Shown here one piece after another: positions 27,212 through 36,319 of a DNA stretch of 64,000 bases. The stretch is taken from sequence record OP555982.1. One strand, written 5' to 3'. The stretch comes from Escherichia phage vB_EcoM-UFV11. The notes under the pieces are model-generated. The model had not been told where the DNA came from. It ran no database searches and saw only the letters and a program-made list of their open reading frames with translations. Each line of letters starts with the position of its first letter. Positions within the stretch are counted from its first letter, which is position 1. The translations under genes and the position numbers were made by a program.

Positions 27212-27555
27212 CTAGTACTCAATCCTCGATTATAAGAATCTACCAAACGGTCAACCATTGAATGACAAGCGGCTTTATCTTTCTCCTCCGCAACTGAACA
27301 TTCTAAGGTATTCCACTTTTTAGCATATCGTTTTAATAATGTATCGTTTTTGTATCTGCTTGATTTATCTCTTTCTCCGTCTTTATATGCATATATTAAT
27401 TTCTGCGCAAATTCAGCTTGGCATGCTTTATTTTTCCCACAATAATCTGCCGCAGTGCGGTTCACATACTCCCTAATTTCAGTATATGATGTATCTGCTG
27501 ACGCATAAGCAGAAAATGAAATTAATCCTATACATAAAACCAAAATTTTAGTCAT
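27208..27555 (-). CDS. secreted/periplasmic hypothetical protein
   Basis: 115 aa; N-terminal signal peptide MTKILVLCIGLISFSAYASA. Confidence 0.55.
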   Translation of the reverse strand: MTKILVLCIGLISFSAYASADTSYTEIREYVNRTAADYCGKNKACQAEFAQKLIYAYKDGERDKSSRYKNDTLLKRYAKKWNTLECSVAEEKDKAACHSMVDRLVDSYNRGLSTR

Positions 27556-28093
27556 TTACTATTTCCAAAAGTTTATTATTTTTAAGGTAGTTAGCCTTTT
27601 CTAGGACTTCAGAAGCATATTTAGAACCTGCTTTAACATTCCATCCCGAATTATAAGAGGATATTGCTTTTCTTATATCGCCCTTATGTATATTTAACCA
27701 ATAAGAAAGTTCAATGTACGCCCAGGAAGCTGAATTGGATCGTTTATTCAACATTCTTTTTATTTCAGCATCGGTCATATTATAACCAAGTTCCTTAACT
27801 CTTGCTCGCATAGTAGGCAAATAATTTTGGAACATTCCATAAGCGTGATGCTTTGGTTTAGATTTTAAATTAACTCCGCCAGAGCTTTCTTGCCATAAAA
27901 TAGCAGCCATTATATGACCTAATCCGCTCTTGTGGATATTTTTATGTGTTTTATATTTTCCATCCTTAGAAAACTGTTCCCCGAATTGATACGCGTAACG
28001 CATGTTATCGAGTTGGACATTACTGAAAGTATGCTCGGAGCTATGTGCCATCATTGAAATGGCCAATAGACCAGCGAGTAGTGCTTTTCTCAT
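27548..28093 (-). CDS. periplasmic lytic transglycosylase-like protein (SLT domain)
   Basis: 181 aa; signal peptide; SLT motifs ILWQESSG, YGMFQ, SYNSG. Confidence 0.7.
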   Translation of the reverse strand: MRKALLAGLLAISMMAHSSEHTFSNVQLDNMRYAYQFGEQFSKDGKYKTHKNIHKSGLGHIMAAILWQESSGGVNLKSKPKHHAYGMFQNYLPTMRARVKELGYNMTDAEIKRMLNKRSNSASWAYIELSYWLNIHKGDIRKAISSYNSGWNVKAGSKYASEVLEKANYLKNNKLLEIVND

Positions 28094-28100
28094 GCTTACC

Positions 28101-28562
28101 TCATTGAGTTTTAATTACTGCTTTAGAAGCCTTTCCTGGTAAACGACGACTGTTAATAATTGCCATCCTGCATTGAAGCGACGGGTCTTTGAACTTCGCA
28201 TTAGGTTTACAAACTGTAAATCCAAGCCAAAGATTTCCATCTGTGATTTCTAAACGTCCAGGACGATATTCAACCCCATCAATAAAATCCTCGTCAATGT
28301 CAGGACGCGGAGGCATACTCAGGAATTCATTAACTTCTAAAACATGGTCTTTTATTTTATGGAATAATTCAAAAACGTATGTCTCATCAATCTCCCGTTG
28401 AATTGCGCGATCAAGAAGATGTTGAGAATATTTTAGATGAAACGATGAGACCCCTGCTGCTTTTGATGCCTCACGAATCTCATTGTTAATTTGACGAAAC
28501 TCCGACTCAAAGTGACGACGAAGCTTATTTCGACGGATAAAAACTTCTGTGTTGATAGTCAT
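28101..28562 (-). CDS. regB: RegB site-specific endoribonuclease
   Basis: 153 aa; sequence and length as T4 RegB; early promoter upstream. Confidence 0.85.
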   Translation of the reverse strand: MTINTEVFIRRNKLRRHFESEFRQINNEIREASKAAGVSSFHLKYSQHLLDRAIQREIDETYVFELFHKIKDHVLEVNEFLSMPPRPDIDEDFIDGVEYRPGRLEITDGNLWLGFTVCKPNAKFKDPSLQCRMAIINSRRLPGKASKAVIKTQ

Positions 28563-28589
28563 GTTATTCTCCTCTTAACTGATAGAAAA

Positions 28590-28619
28590 ATTATACCACA
28601 GTCAAGAGGAAAAGTAAAC
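28590..28619 (-). promoter_or_regulatory. T4-type early promoter (GTTTAC-N18-TATAAT)
   Basis: GTTTAC 28619..28614, TATAAT 28595..28590. Confidence 0.6.
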
Positions 28620-28621
28620 AG

Positions 28622-28900
28622 TTATTCTTTAAATCTAATCAATTTATTCATAGACTTTGAAACTTCTGTACGAACCTCATGTAGATTTTTGAGTTGTTCA
28701 AGACGCTGCGTATAGTAAGCAATTTCATCTTCTTCGAGACAGTCCTGTGAATCTTCTTTAAGATAGCGTGCATAGTCCTGGAAAGCGTTACGGATTACTT
28801 CCTGGAAATCATCAAGACTTTGAATTTTCTTAGGAGCAGCAGATACACGACGAGGGGCAGTATAATACTCATAACCAAACCCTGCGCTTAATTGAGCCAT
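28622..28900 (-). CDS. hypothetical protein (vs.x region)
   Basis: internal ATG MAQLSAG overlaps upstream stop. Confidence 0.45.
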   Translation of the reverse strand: MAQLSAGFGYEYYTAPRRVSAAPKKIQSLDDFQEVIRNAFQDYARYLKEDSQDCLEEDEIAYYTQRLEQLKNLHEVRTEVSKSMNKLIRFKE

Positions 28901-29166
28901 TAGTATTTTTCCTCTGGTTGGAACACAGCACGACAAGCCCACATACTGGCTTCTTTGAGTTTCGTTTTAGCAATAGTTAACTGATCGAGGCTTTCGGCGT
29001 AATTCTTCGCGAGTTCATCATCTTCACAGCTATCAAATGCTTCCCAAAATTCATCGTATAAAGCATCAAAGATAAGTCCTAAACGAACTTCAGCGTCTTT
29101 AATAGCATTTACTTTACCGATTTTTTCGTCGGTATGTGGCTTATAACCTTTAATATCTTCAATCAT
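28900..29166 (-). CDS. small helical hypothetical protein (88 aa); position compatible with T4 vs.4
   Basis: [45 protein letters not shown]...; start 4 nt after upstream stop. Confidence 0.45.
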   Translation of the reverse strand: MIEDIKGYKPHTDEKIGKVNAIKDAEVRLGLIFDALYDEFWEAFDSCEDDELAKNYAESLDQLTIAKTKLKEASMWACRAVFQPEEKY

Positions 29167-29380
29167 ATTTGACTTCCTCACCAGTACATAAATCGTATTC
29201 AACTAAACGAATAGGTTCATGAATGCCATATCCCTGAACAGAAATTTCTGTCGTAGGATAAATTCCATCAATATCACCCATATTCCAGGCTTCGTTAAAT
29301 TGCTGTTCGCCTGAATTACTAAACCACTCGGCGAAAGCATTTAGCACATCTTTAGAACCTTCAATAATTATCTTTGCCAT
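29159..29380 (-). CDS. small acidic hypothetical protein
   Basis: 73-aa ORF, start overlaps upstream stop. Confidence 0.5.
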   Translation of the reverse strand: MAKIIIEGSKDVLNAFAEWFSNSGEQQFNEAWNMGDIDGIYPTTEISVQGYGIHEPIRLVEYDLCTGEEVKYD

Positions 29381-29742
29381 TACAAACTCTCGGTAAAGGT
29401 ACGAGCGATAACGTCGCGCTGCTGTTCCGGAGTCAGAGAGTTAAAGCGAACTGCATAACCGGATACACGGATGGTCAGCTGCGGATATTTTTCCGGATGC
29501 TTAACTGCATCTTCCAGAGTTTCACGACGCAGAACGTTAACGTTCAGGTGTTGACCACCTTCAATTTTAACTGTAGGCTGTTGCTCAATTTCAATTTCAC
29601 GGGCATGCAAACCGTAGAAAATTTCTGGGTCTACAAAAGAGTCCTCTTTAAAAGTTTTAGAGACAATAATTCGTGCTTGAATACCATCTTCAAAATAAAT
29701 AGTACCTTTATGCGTGCCTTCAAGAATTTGATATGCTTTCAT
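29380..29742 (-). CDS. autonomous glycyl-radical cofactor (GrcA/YfiD-like)
   Basis: 120 aa; C-terminal about 60 aa [59 protein letters not shown] matches E. coli GrcA as recalled; local GC near 50%. Confidence 0.8.
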   Translation of the reverse strand: MKAYQILEGTHKGTIYFEDGIQARIIVSKTFKEDSFVDPEIFYGLHAREIEIEQQPTVKIEGGQHLNVNVLRRETLEDAVKHPEKYPQLTIRVSGYAVRFNSLTPEQQRDVIARTFTESL

Positions 29743-29749
29743 ATAAACC

Positions 29750-30079
29750 TCAATTAGAAAATAAATTTATCCAAGATTGTTCTTTAATTAAAAATGGCTC
29801 AGAATCATATGCCATTAAACTCTGCGTGATTAGTCCTTTAAAAGGTCCATCAATAAATTCCATGGTAAAATATGGAATTTTATTCATTAGCCGTGCGTTA
29901 GGAGCAGTACATAAAACTCTGCATCCTTTGAATACGCCTTTTTGTAATTTGTATTGCTTAGGATAAAATTCGCTCAAGACGTTGTTATTTGCCAAAATTT
30001 CAAAATGATTCACCAATTTATTTTTAATAGTTTTTGGCGAAAAATAAAGATATTCGAAAAGTTGCGTGTCTGTCATCAT
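29750..30079 (-). CDS. hypothetical protein translationally coupled to upstream P-loop gene
   Basis: ATG ATG overlaps stop of the upstream ORF (CAATGATGACA); about 109 aa. Confidence 0.5.
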   Translation of the reverse strand: MMTDTQLFEYLYFSPKTIKNKLVNHFEILANNNVLSEFYPKQYKLQKGVFKGCRVLCTAPNARLMNKIPYFTMEFIDGPFKGLITQSLMAYDSEPFLIKEQSWINLFSN

Positions 30080-30615
30080 TGCATTCCGATTATGAAAAAC
30101 TGTGGACGAGTAATACCACCAATGCAACATTTAATATTACAGCAGCAGTGTACAGTTTCAATATGGACACTATAAATCTTATCCATATCAGGAGATTTGA
30201 CAGGTTCATCAATTATATACAAAATTCGCGAAAGCGATAAACCTCTGAACTTGCTTCCTTTATTACCAATAAAACTGCGCACAGAATCAGCAAATAAACG
30301 AAAACGTATATCATCATTAGAATAACGCGAAAATTCCTTTTTAATGTTATTTGAAGAAATTTTAGCGTAAGCTGAAGTATTAGAAAGAACAATAACTGTT
30401 CCGCCATCATACAACCAATTAGCGGCAAAATTAGTTACTGCAGTTGATTTACCGGATTGACGTCCACCATCTAGTCGAAGTGTGCAATACTGCTTAAGTA
30501 AGTCTTCAAATGGTGGGATATAATCGTTTTTACAAATTTCTTCTACTCTAGCGTCAGAATGGTGTGTAAAAGCATTCATCAGGGATAGATAAGGACCAGT
30601 TAAAAATGTTCTCAT
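30076..30615 (-). CDS. P-loop NTPase (small ATPase/kinase-like)
   Basis: about 179 aa from MRTFLTGPY; Walker A DGGRQSGKST, Walker B-like ILYIIDEP, C-terminal Cys cluster HCCCNIKCC. Confidence 0.55.
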   Translation of the reverse strand: MRTFLTGPYLSLMNAFTHHSDARVEEICKNDYIPPFEDLLKQYCTLRLDGGRQSGKSTAVTNFAANWLYDGGTVIVLSNTSAYAKISSNNIKKEFSRYSNDDIRFRLFADSVRSFIGNKGSKFRGLSLSRILYIIDEPVKSPDMDKIYSVHIETVHCCCNIKCCIGGITRPQFFIIGMQ

Positions 30616-30768
30616 TTTATTCTCTCTAAATTTGGGCCATTCCATGGCGCATGAATTGTCCATTTCTGTATTTACCCATTACCGCACTTGGGCTCGACCT
30701 TATTACAGGTTGGCGGGAATCCCTCACAGAATCATGAGGTCCAGCTTGTTCCCATATTTCTTATTTGC

Positions 30769-31242
30769 TTATTTGAATGATTTAACGTACTGAATAGAAC
30801 CTTTACTATTCACAAAGGCAATTTTACCATTTTTGTTATACATAGTAGCAGTACGTTGATAGCCATAAGTTTGTTTACCAGATTGATAACCAACTAATGC
30901 GAAATTATCTTCACCCATTTTATTCTGTTTAGCGCGAATGCGTTCATGACCATGTGCCATAAGAACCTTAGCATCACCAGTTGCAATGGACCGACGAGTT
31001 TTTTCATCTTCAACTGTATTAACAAAGTCGTCAAATGAATCAAATTTAGCATGAGATTTATTATACAGTTTTCCATCTACTGCATAATTATATCCTTGTA
31101 CATCCATCTCAACTTCTGTACCATCATCTAATACCGCAGTAATTTTCTGTCCTTTTTTAAATTTCAAAAGATCAGTAAAAGATTCAGCAATAATTTGAGA
31201 ATTAATAGCTGCTTCAGTAATAAATTCTTTATACGTTTTCAT
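30769..31242 (-). CDS. internal (head-packaged) protein with capsid-targeting leader
   Basis: 157 aa; N-terminus MKTYKEFITEA (T4 internal-protein leader, prohead-protease site after ITE). Confidence 0.65.
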   Translation of the reverse strand: MKTYKEFITEAAINSQIIAESFTDLLKFKKGQKITAVLDDGTEVEMDVQGYNYAVDGKLYNKSHAKFDSFDDFVNTVEDEKTRRSIATGDAKVLMAHGHERIRAKQNKMGEDNFALVGYQSGKQTYGYQRTATMYNKNGKIAFVNSKGSIQYVKSFK

Positions 31243-31258
31243 GTGTATCCTTTAATTT

Positions 31259-31576
31259 TTATTCTTTAGGGAAGTTTTTAGAATATGCATCATAAAGCTT
31301 ATTTCCAATACGGCGGAAAACTCTAGCCGCAAAACGATTTTCTGGGTTTTTAATCATGATTTGCATCATATAAGTACCCGCGTCAGAAAGAGCTTCTTCA
31401 TAGTACCCGTTAATTTCTTTAAGAGTCCTACGTTTACCACCAGGACCATCAACAGTGATTTTCCATTTACCTGTAGAAGTGCGACTTGGCGGTTCAACTT
31501 GTTCAATCCAGATATAACCGCCTTCTACACGCTGTCCTGCAACAGATTCTGCAATAAATTCTTTATACGTTTTCAT
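31259..31576 (-). CDS. internal (head-packaged) protein with capsid-targeting leader
   Basis: 105 aa; N-terminus MKTYKEFIAES. Confidence 0.65.
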   Translation of the reverse strand: MKTYKEFIAESVAGQRVEGGYIWIEQVEPPSRTSTGKWKITVDGPGGKRRTLKEINGYYEEALSDAGTYMMQIMIKNPENRFAARVFRRIGNKLYDAYSKNFPKE

Positions 31577-31613
31577 GTGTTTCCTTTAAATATTTTAATT
31601 AGTAACTGTGAAT

Positions 31614-31643
31614 ATACTATCACAGTTTTAGGAGAAAGTAAAC
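31614..31643 (-). promoter_or_regulatory. T4-type early promoter (GTTTAC-N18-TAGTAT)
   Basis: GTTTAC 31643..31638; -10-like TAGTAT 31619..31614. Confidence 0.45.
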
Positions 31644-31647
31644 AACT

Positions 31648-32616
<969 letters not shown>

Positions 32617-32635
<19 letters not shown>

Positions 32636-32958
32636 TCAGTGATAAAGTTATTTAAATTTTGAGTGTATTTCTTTTCATCAAAAATCTTTTGTTGTCTGCG
32701 TAGCCGCCATGGCATTTCAATGAACGTGTACCATATCCCAGATAATATTGCTGCTGTAAAAATATTAACAAGTATGGTTAAAAGAATCCAATCTCCTATT
32801 CTGTCCATTGGATTTTTTATAAAAAAGTAAAATACGAATGATGTCACAGGACCTATTAATACATCAGTAGGAATTAGCTGACGCTTTAGTTCATACTTCA
32901 CAGGTTCACTTGGAAGGTATAGTGATGGCTTTGACATATTCTCTACATTCCTTAACAA
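32617..32958 (-). CDS. membrane protein
   Basis: two hydrophobic helices (VTSFVFYFFI and WILLTILVNIFTAAILSGIWYTFI). Confidence 0.5.
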
Positions 32959-33511
32959 ATTTTTCTAATAATAAATCGCTTTCAAAATTGGGATTTTCCA
33001 CGAATTTATCAAAAAGATCATCAACAATAGTTAAGATATTCTTTTTACTAAGAATACACTTATTTTCATGCTTCGTTTCAGAATCAACTATAAGAGTAAA
33101 GAAATATTTCTTGCCCTGAAATTTTACAGTAGTATCAATATAGAATAAATTTGACTTTTGTAAATTACGTTTAAACCATGCATCACTTAAACTATAAACG
33201 CCAAGATAATCATAATCGTCGTTTAAATAACAGACCGTCCATTCAGGAGAAACAAAATCAGTAAATTCAACGTCAAAATCGCATGTTAATGAATGAATTG
33301 ATTCAATACTGTTAATAAGTATTCCAGGACGTATTAAAGACTTTTTACCTTTATAAAATCCAGAAAGACTTTCATCAGTTTCATATGAAGAACCCCAATA
33401 ATAATTACGTCCTTCTGCCATACGTTTAAGAGCATTTAATAATTGATCTGGAACATCAACCTGTCTTTGGAACTCTTCAAACATTGAATTGAAATCACTT
33501 TGCATTTTCAT
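32906..33511 (-). CDS. hypothetical protein
   Basis: 201-aa ORF. Confidence 0.55.
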   Translation of the reverse strand: MKMQSDFNSMFEEFQRQVDVPDQLLNALKRMAEGRNYYWGSSYETDESLSGFYKGKKSLIRPGILINSIESIHSLTCDFDVEFTDFVSPEWTVCYLNDDYDYLGVYSLSDAWFKRNLQKSNLFYIDTTVKFQGKKYFFTLIVDSETKHENKCILSKKNILTIVDDLFDKFVENPNFESDLLLEKFVKECREYVKAITIPSK

Positions 33512-33552
33512 TCCTACTTACTTCAAGTAATAGGGGCCGAAGCCCCTTATCA

Positions 33553-34146
33553 TTATTTCAGAGAATTAATATATTCCTGAACATCGGCAGAGGTAGTTTC
33601 AACCCCGGAAATATTACCGTTAAAGGTTTCAACTCGAGCAAGAGTATCTTCAATATCAACCTTAGTCAGTGCTGCAATTTCAACTACATCATCAGCAGTA
33701 CTAATTCCGAGGGCATTCGCGGCGCGAGTTTCACGGATATATTCCAATTTAACTGCAAGTTCTTGGCGAGCATCATCCAATTCAACTACTTTCTTGGCGA
33801 TTTCAATTCGCATTTCAGCATACCCATCAGCTTTAGTAGTTAACTGCTCAGCTGTTCGACGATATAGCAAGCCGAGTTTAGCATGCATTGTTACATCTTG
33901 ACCTTCGGAAAGAAGCTTGCGAATTTCACGCTCTTTTGATTCGGCCTGTCGATTCTTTTCGATAACAAGTTCACGAATACGTTTTTCTTCATTAATAGAT
34001 TTAACAGAAGCAGTTTTTAAATCTTTAATTTTATCAAGTAGTTTTGCTGCTGCAGCAGTATACTGTTCTTCAACAGATAGATTTTTAGCCATAGCAGAAC
34101 CAAGTTTAGTGCGAATAAACTCAACAATTTTCTTCAGTGTGTTCAT
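33553..34146 (-). CDS. coiled-coil protein, PspA/IM30-like by composition
   Basis: 197 aa, almost entirely helical heptad-like sequence; DTLARVETF segment resembles PspA. Confidence 0.45.
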   Translation of the reverse strand: MNTLKKIVEFIRTKLGSAMAKNLSVEEQYTAAAAKLLDKIKDLKTASVKSINEEKRIRELVIEKNRQAESKEREIRKLLSEGQDVTMHAKLGLLYRRTAEQLTTKADGYAEMRIEIAKKVVELDDARQELAVKLEYIRETRAANALGISTADDVVEIAALTKVDIEDTLARVETFNGNISGVETTSADVQEYINSLK

Positions 34147-34434
34147 AGTATTTCCTTAGGTTGATTAAGATTTAAAATCCGTGAGAGTATTATACTCCGG
34201 ATAGTTTGTAAACTATTTCAACATCGCCTTTTGCTGCTTTATAACCTTCAGCCCAAGATATAACCGAGTTTTTATCCGAAGATTCAAATTCTGGCATTGG
34301 GCTTTCGCCAATGTTCACGCAGTATGTTTCTTCATTTTCGTCAAACCAAATAATTAAAGTAGTCATTTATTTCTCCGTTTCTGTATTTGTTTTGATAAGT
34401 CTATAATAACACCGTCCTTGGTGTTTGTACACAA

Positions 34435-34710
34435 TTATTTCATATTATTGAAATATTCTTCTGCAATTTCGTCGTTATCATGGTAAACTTTAGAAGACAG
34501 TTTAACATAACCTTCAGCAGTGAACATGTTAATCACAACCTTTACAGTATACCACTGACCATCTTCATTACCCATTACTGCGTAAGTTTCAAACATCGGA
34601 TGATCAGGACCGATAACTTTAATATCATTCACTGTACGACCAAAATCTTCTGAAACACATTTCATAAAGAAGTTGAACAGTTCGCCGTAATTATCCATTT
34701 CATTCTCCAA
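34435..34710 (-). CDS. hypothetical acidic protein
   Basis: 91-aa ORF downstream of early promoter. Confidence 0.5.
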   Translation of the reverse strand: MENEMDNYGELFNFFMKCVSEDFGRTVNDIKVIGPDHPMFETYAVMGNEDGQWYTVKVVINMFTAEGYVKLSSKVYHDNDEIAEEYFNNMK

Positions 34711-34740
34711 GTTGTTTTCTGTATCAGTAGTTGATAGTTG

Positions 34741-34770
34741 TATAGTACCATAGAAGAACAGGGATGTAAA
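34741..34770 (-). promoter_or_regulatory. T4-type early promoter (GTTTAC-N18-TACTAT)
   Basis: GTTTAC 34770..34765, TACTAT 34746..34741. Confidence 0.55.
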
Positions 34771-34904
34771 CAGTTTTGTGAAAAATTTTTTAAAAAGTTT
34801 TGGGGAATTCTAGGGCAAGGAGGGGAAATTAAAGGATAGGATAATATATTATAAAGGGTAGAAACTAAATGATGCCTAGAGAGGCCTGGAAAGGCTTAGA
34901 TACC

Positions 34905-34932
34905 AAAAAGCCCCAACCTTTTGGTCGGGACT
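34905..34932 (-). terminator. intrinsic terminator (10-bp stem, AAAA loop, U-tract)
   Basis: minus-strand AGUCCCGACC-AAAA-GGUUGGGGCU then UUUUU; 8 nt after stop of the internal-protein-like gene. Confidence 0.7.
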
Positions 34933-34939
34933 AAGAATG

Positions 34940-35413
34940 TTATTTGATTTGTTTAGCAGACCAAATGCGGTCTTTAATAATTTTTTGGATGTCTTCAACA
35001 TACTCAAGAGAATGAGCATGTGGGTTATCTTTAAAGCTATGAGCACGAGCTAGCTTTTGGCCTTCAGTTTTGATTACTAAAAGCTCTTTAAGGATAGCTT
35101 CATATTTGGAGATAATTCCTTTAACGATATTTTTTTCTTGTGCGACTTTAGGATCTGCTTTAGGAGCAGGTTTACCCGAAGCCTTTGCAAAAGCAGCGCC
35201 AGTAGCAACTAAACTTTTCCAGGCCATACTAACTGCATTTCCCGTAAATCCTTCCGCTTTCATGTCGCGTGCGAACTGGAATCGTGATTCATCAGAAGCA
35301 TCTTTGTAAGAATATTTACCCGCTGCAATGGCTGCTTTTGCGACAGCTTGAATTTCGGTGCTAGATGCTTCATTTAACACCGCTTCATTTAAAAATTGAG
35401 TATATGATTTCAT
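34940..35413 (-). CDS. internal-protein-like gene with capsid-targeting leader, in its own late cassette
   Basis: 157 aa; N-terminus MKSYTQFLNEA (L-x-E cleavage context); Ala/Lys-rich; late promoter upstream and terminators on both sides. Confidence 0.6.
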   Translation of the reverse strand: MKSYTQFLNEAVLNEASSTEIQAVAKAAIAAGKYSYKDASDESRFQFARDMKAEGFTGNAVSMAWKSLVATGAAFAKASGKPAPKADPKVAQEKNIVKGIISKYEAILKELLVIKTEGQKLARAHSFKDNPHAHSLEYVEDIQKIIKDRIWSAKQIK

Positions 35414-35449
35414 CTTATTTCCTGTTTTAATTCGTGGATTTAATATACT

Positions 35450-35457
35450 TATTTATA
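35450..35457 (-). promoter_or_regulatory. T4 late promoter TATAAATA
   Basis: exact TATAAATA on minus strand about 36 nt upstream of the ATG at 35413. Confidence 0.6.
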
Positions 35458-35459
35458 CT

Positions 35460-35487
35460 AAAAAGCCCCAACCTTTTGGTCGGGGCT
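35460..35487 (-). terminator. intrinsic terminator, near-identical copy of 34905-34932
   Basis: AGCCCCGACC-AAAA-GGUUGGGGCU + U-tract on the minus strand; immediately followed by the late promoter. Confidence 0.7.
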
Positions 35488-35489
35488 AA

Positions 35490-35795
35490 GCCTTGCGGCA
35501 ACCTTGTCGGGGTTCCACCTGCTAAGGCAAGTGTTTGTACGAAACGCCGGGATTCGAACCCGGTTATTAAGCAGTTGACGCTACTCAATATTTTTAAAAG
35601 GCCATATCTCGACCATATCCGAACGTTCCGTCAAAAACGCTACTCGGCTTACGGCAAAGATATTTCCTCGAATCGATAATTCGGTGCGCCGTTTCTGCTG
35701 TGATAGTAAAGAGCCAGAACACAGTAAAACTGTGGGAGGAAACTATACTCCAGGGAACATCAGTCCGACGACTTACCGGTAGCGACCCGGTTTCT
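35490..35795 (-). ncRNA. structured non-coding region, candidate stable small RNA(s) (T4 species 1/2-like position)
   Basis: no ORF; GC-rich paired segments; contains tRNA-like T-arm CCGGG-UUCGAAU-CCCGG (35546-35562) without a full cloverleaf. Confidence 0.35.
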
Positions 35796-36145
35796 TAGTA
35801 TTCTTTTAAAGCATCAATTTGTTCACGGCGTTTACGCCATAAATCAATTGCTTCATAAGCAGATTCAGCATTTCGAATTAGCCGACATTTATATAAAGAC
35901 TTGTGATTTTGGTATTGCGTAGATAATGGAATTTTATCTAAAAGGTCTTTGCGTTCAAAGTATTCGTAACCATCTAAACCAAATGAACGATTTTTGAGAA
36001 ATTGCCAATGACCATATTCGTTTTCGACATAAACATAATCTGCATGCTGATAAAGCAAATTAATTACACGTTCAGAAATAACAGTATCATTATGATTAAA
36101 ATAGAATGTTAAATCATGAACTACTAAATAAACATTACCTTTCAT
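35795..36145 (-). CDS. hypothetical protein adjacent to tRNA cluster
   Basis: 116-aa ORF. Confidence 0.5.
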   Translation of the reverse strand: MKGNVYLVVHDLTFYFNHNDTVISERVINLLYQHADYVYVENEYGHWQFLKNRSFGLDGYEYFERKDLLDKIPLSTQYQNHKSLYKCRLIRNAESAYEAIDLWRKRREQIDALKEY

Positions 36146-36163
36146 ATTTTCCTCACTTATAAT

Positions 36164-36239
36164 TGGTCGAGGCAGTAGGGATCGAACCTACGACCCAGGA
36201 CTTAGAAGGTCCTTGCTCTTCCTTCTGAGCTATGCCCCG
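36164..36239 (-). tRNA. tRNA-Arg (anticodon UCU)
   Basis: manual cloverleaf: acceptor CGGGGCA/TGCCTCG, T-loop GGTTCGATCC, anticodon loop CUUCUAA, encoded CCA. Confidence 0.8.
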
Positions 36240-36243
36240 TAAT

Positions 36244-36319
36244 TGGGGTGACCGATGGGAGTCGAACCCATGACTACGAGAATCACAATCTCGAGTTCTA
36301 CCAACTGAACTACGGCCAC
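36244..36319 (-). tRNA. tRNA-His (anticodon GUG)
   Basis: acceptor GTGGCCG/CGGTCAC, T-loop GGTTCGACTCC, anticodon loop ATTGTGA, encoded CCA. Confidence 0.7.

Noticed and set aside
30076-30130. Possible frameshifted pseudogene joining the P-loop ORF and the downstream ORF
   Set aside because: The junction reads CAATGATGACA: the upstream stop overlaps an in-frame ATG ATG of the downstream frame, the standard coupled-gene arrangement. No evidence of a disrupted single gene.
35546-35562. An additional tRNA gene at the T-arm-like sequence CCGGGTTCGAATCCCGG
   Set aside because: No complementary acceptor stem, D-arm or anticodon stem could be built at tRNA spacing; kept only as part of a candidate structured RNA.
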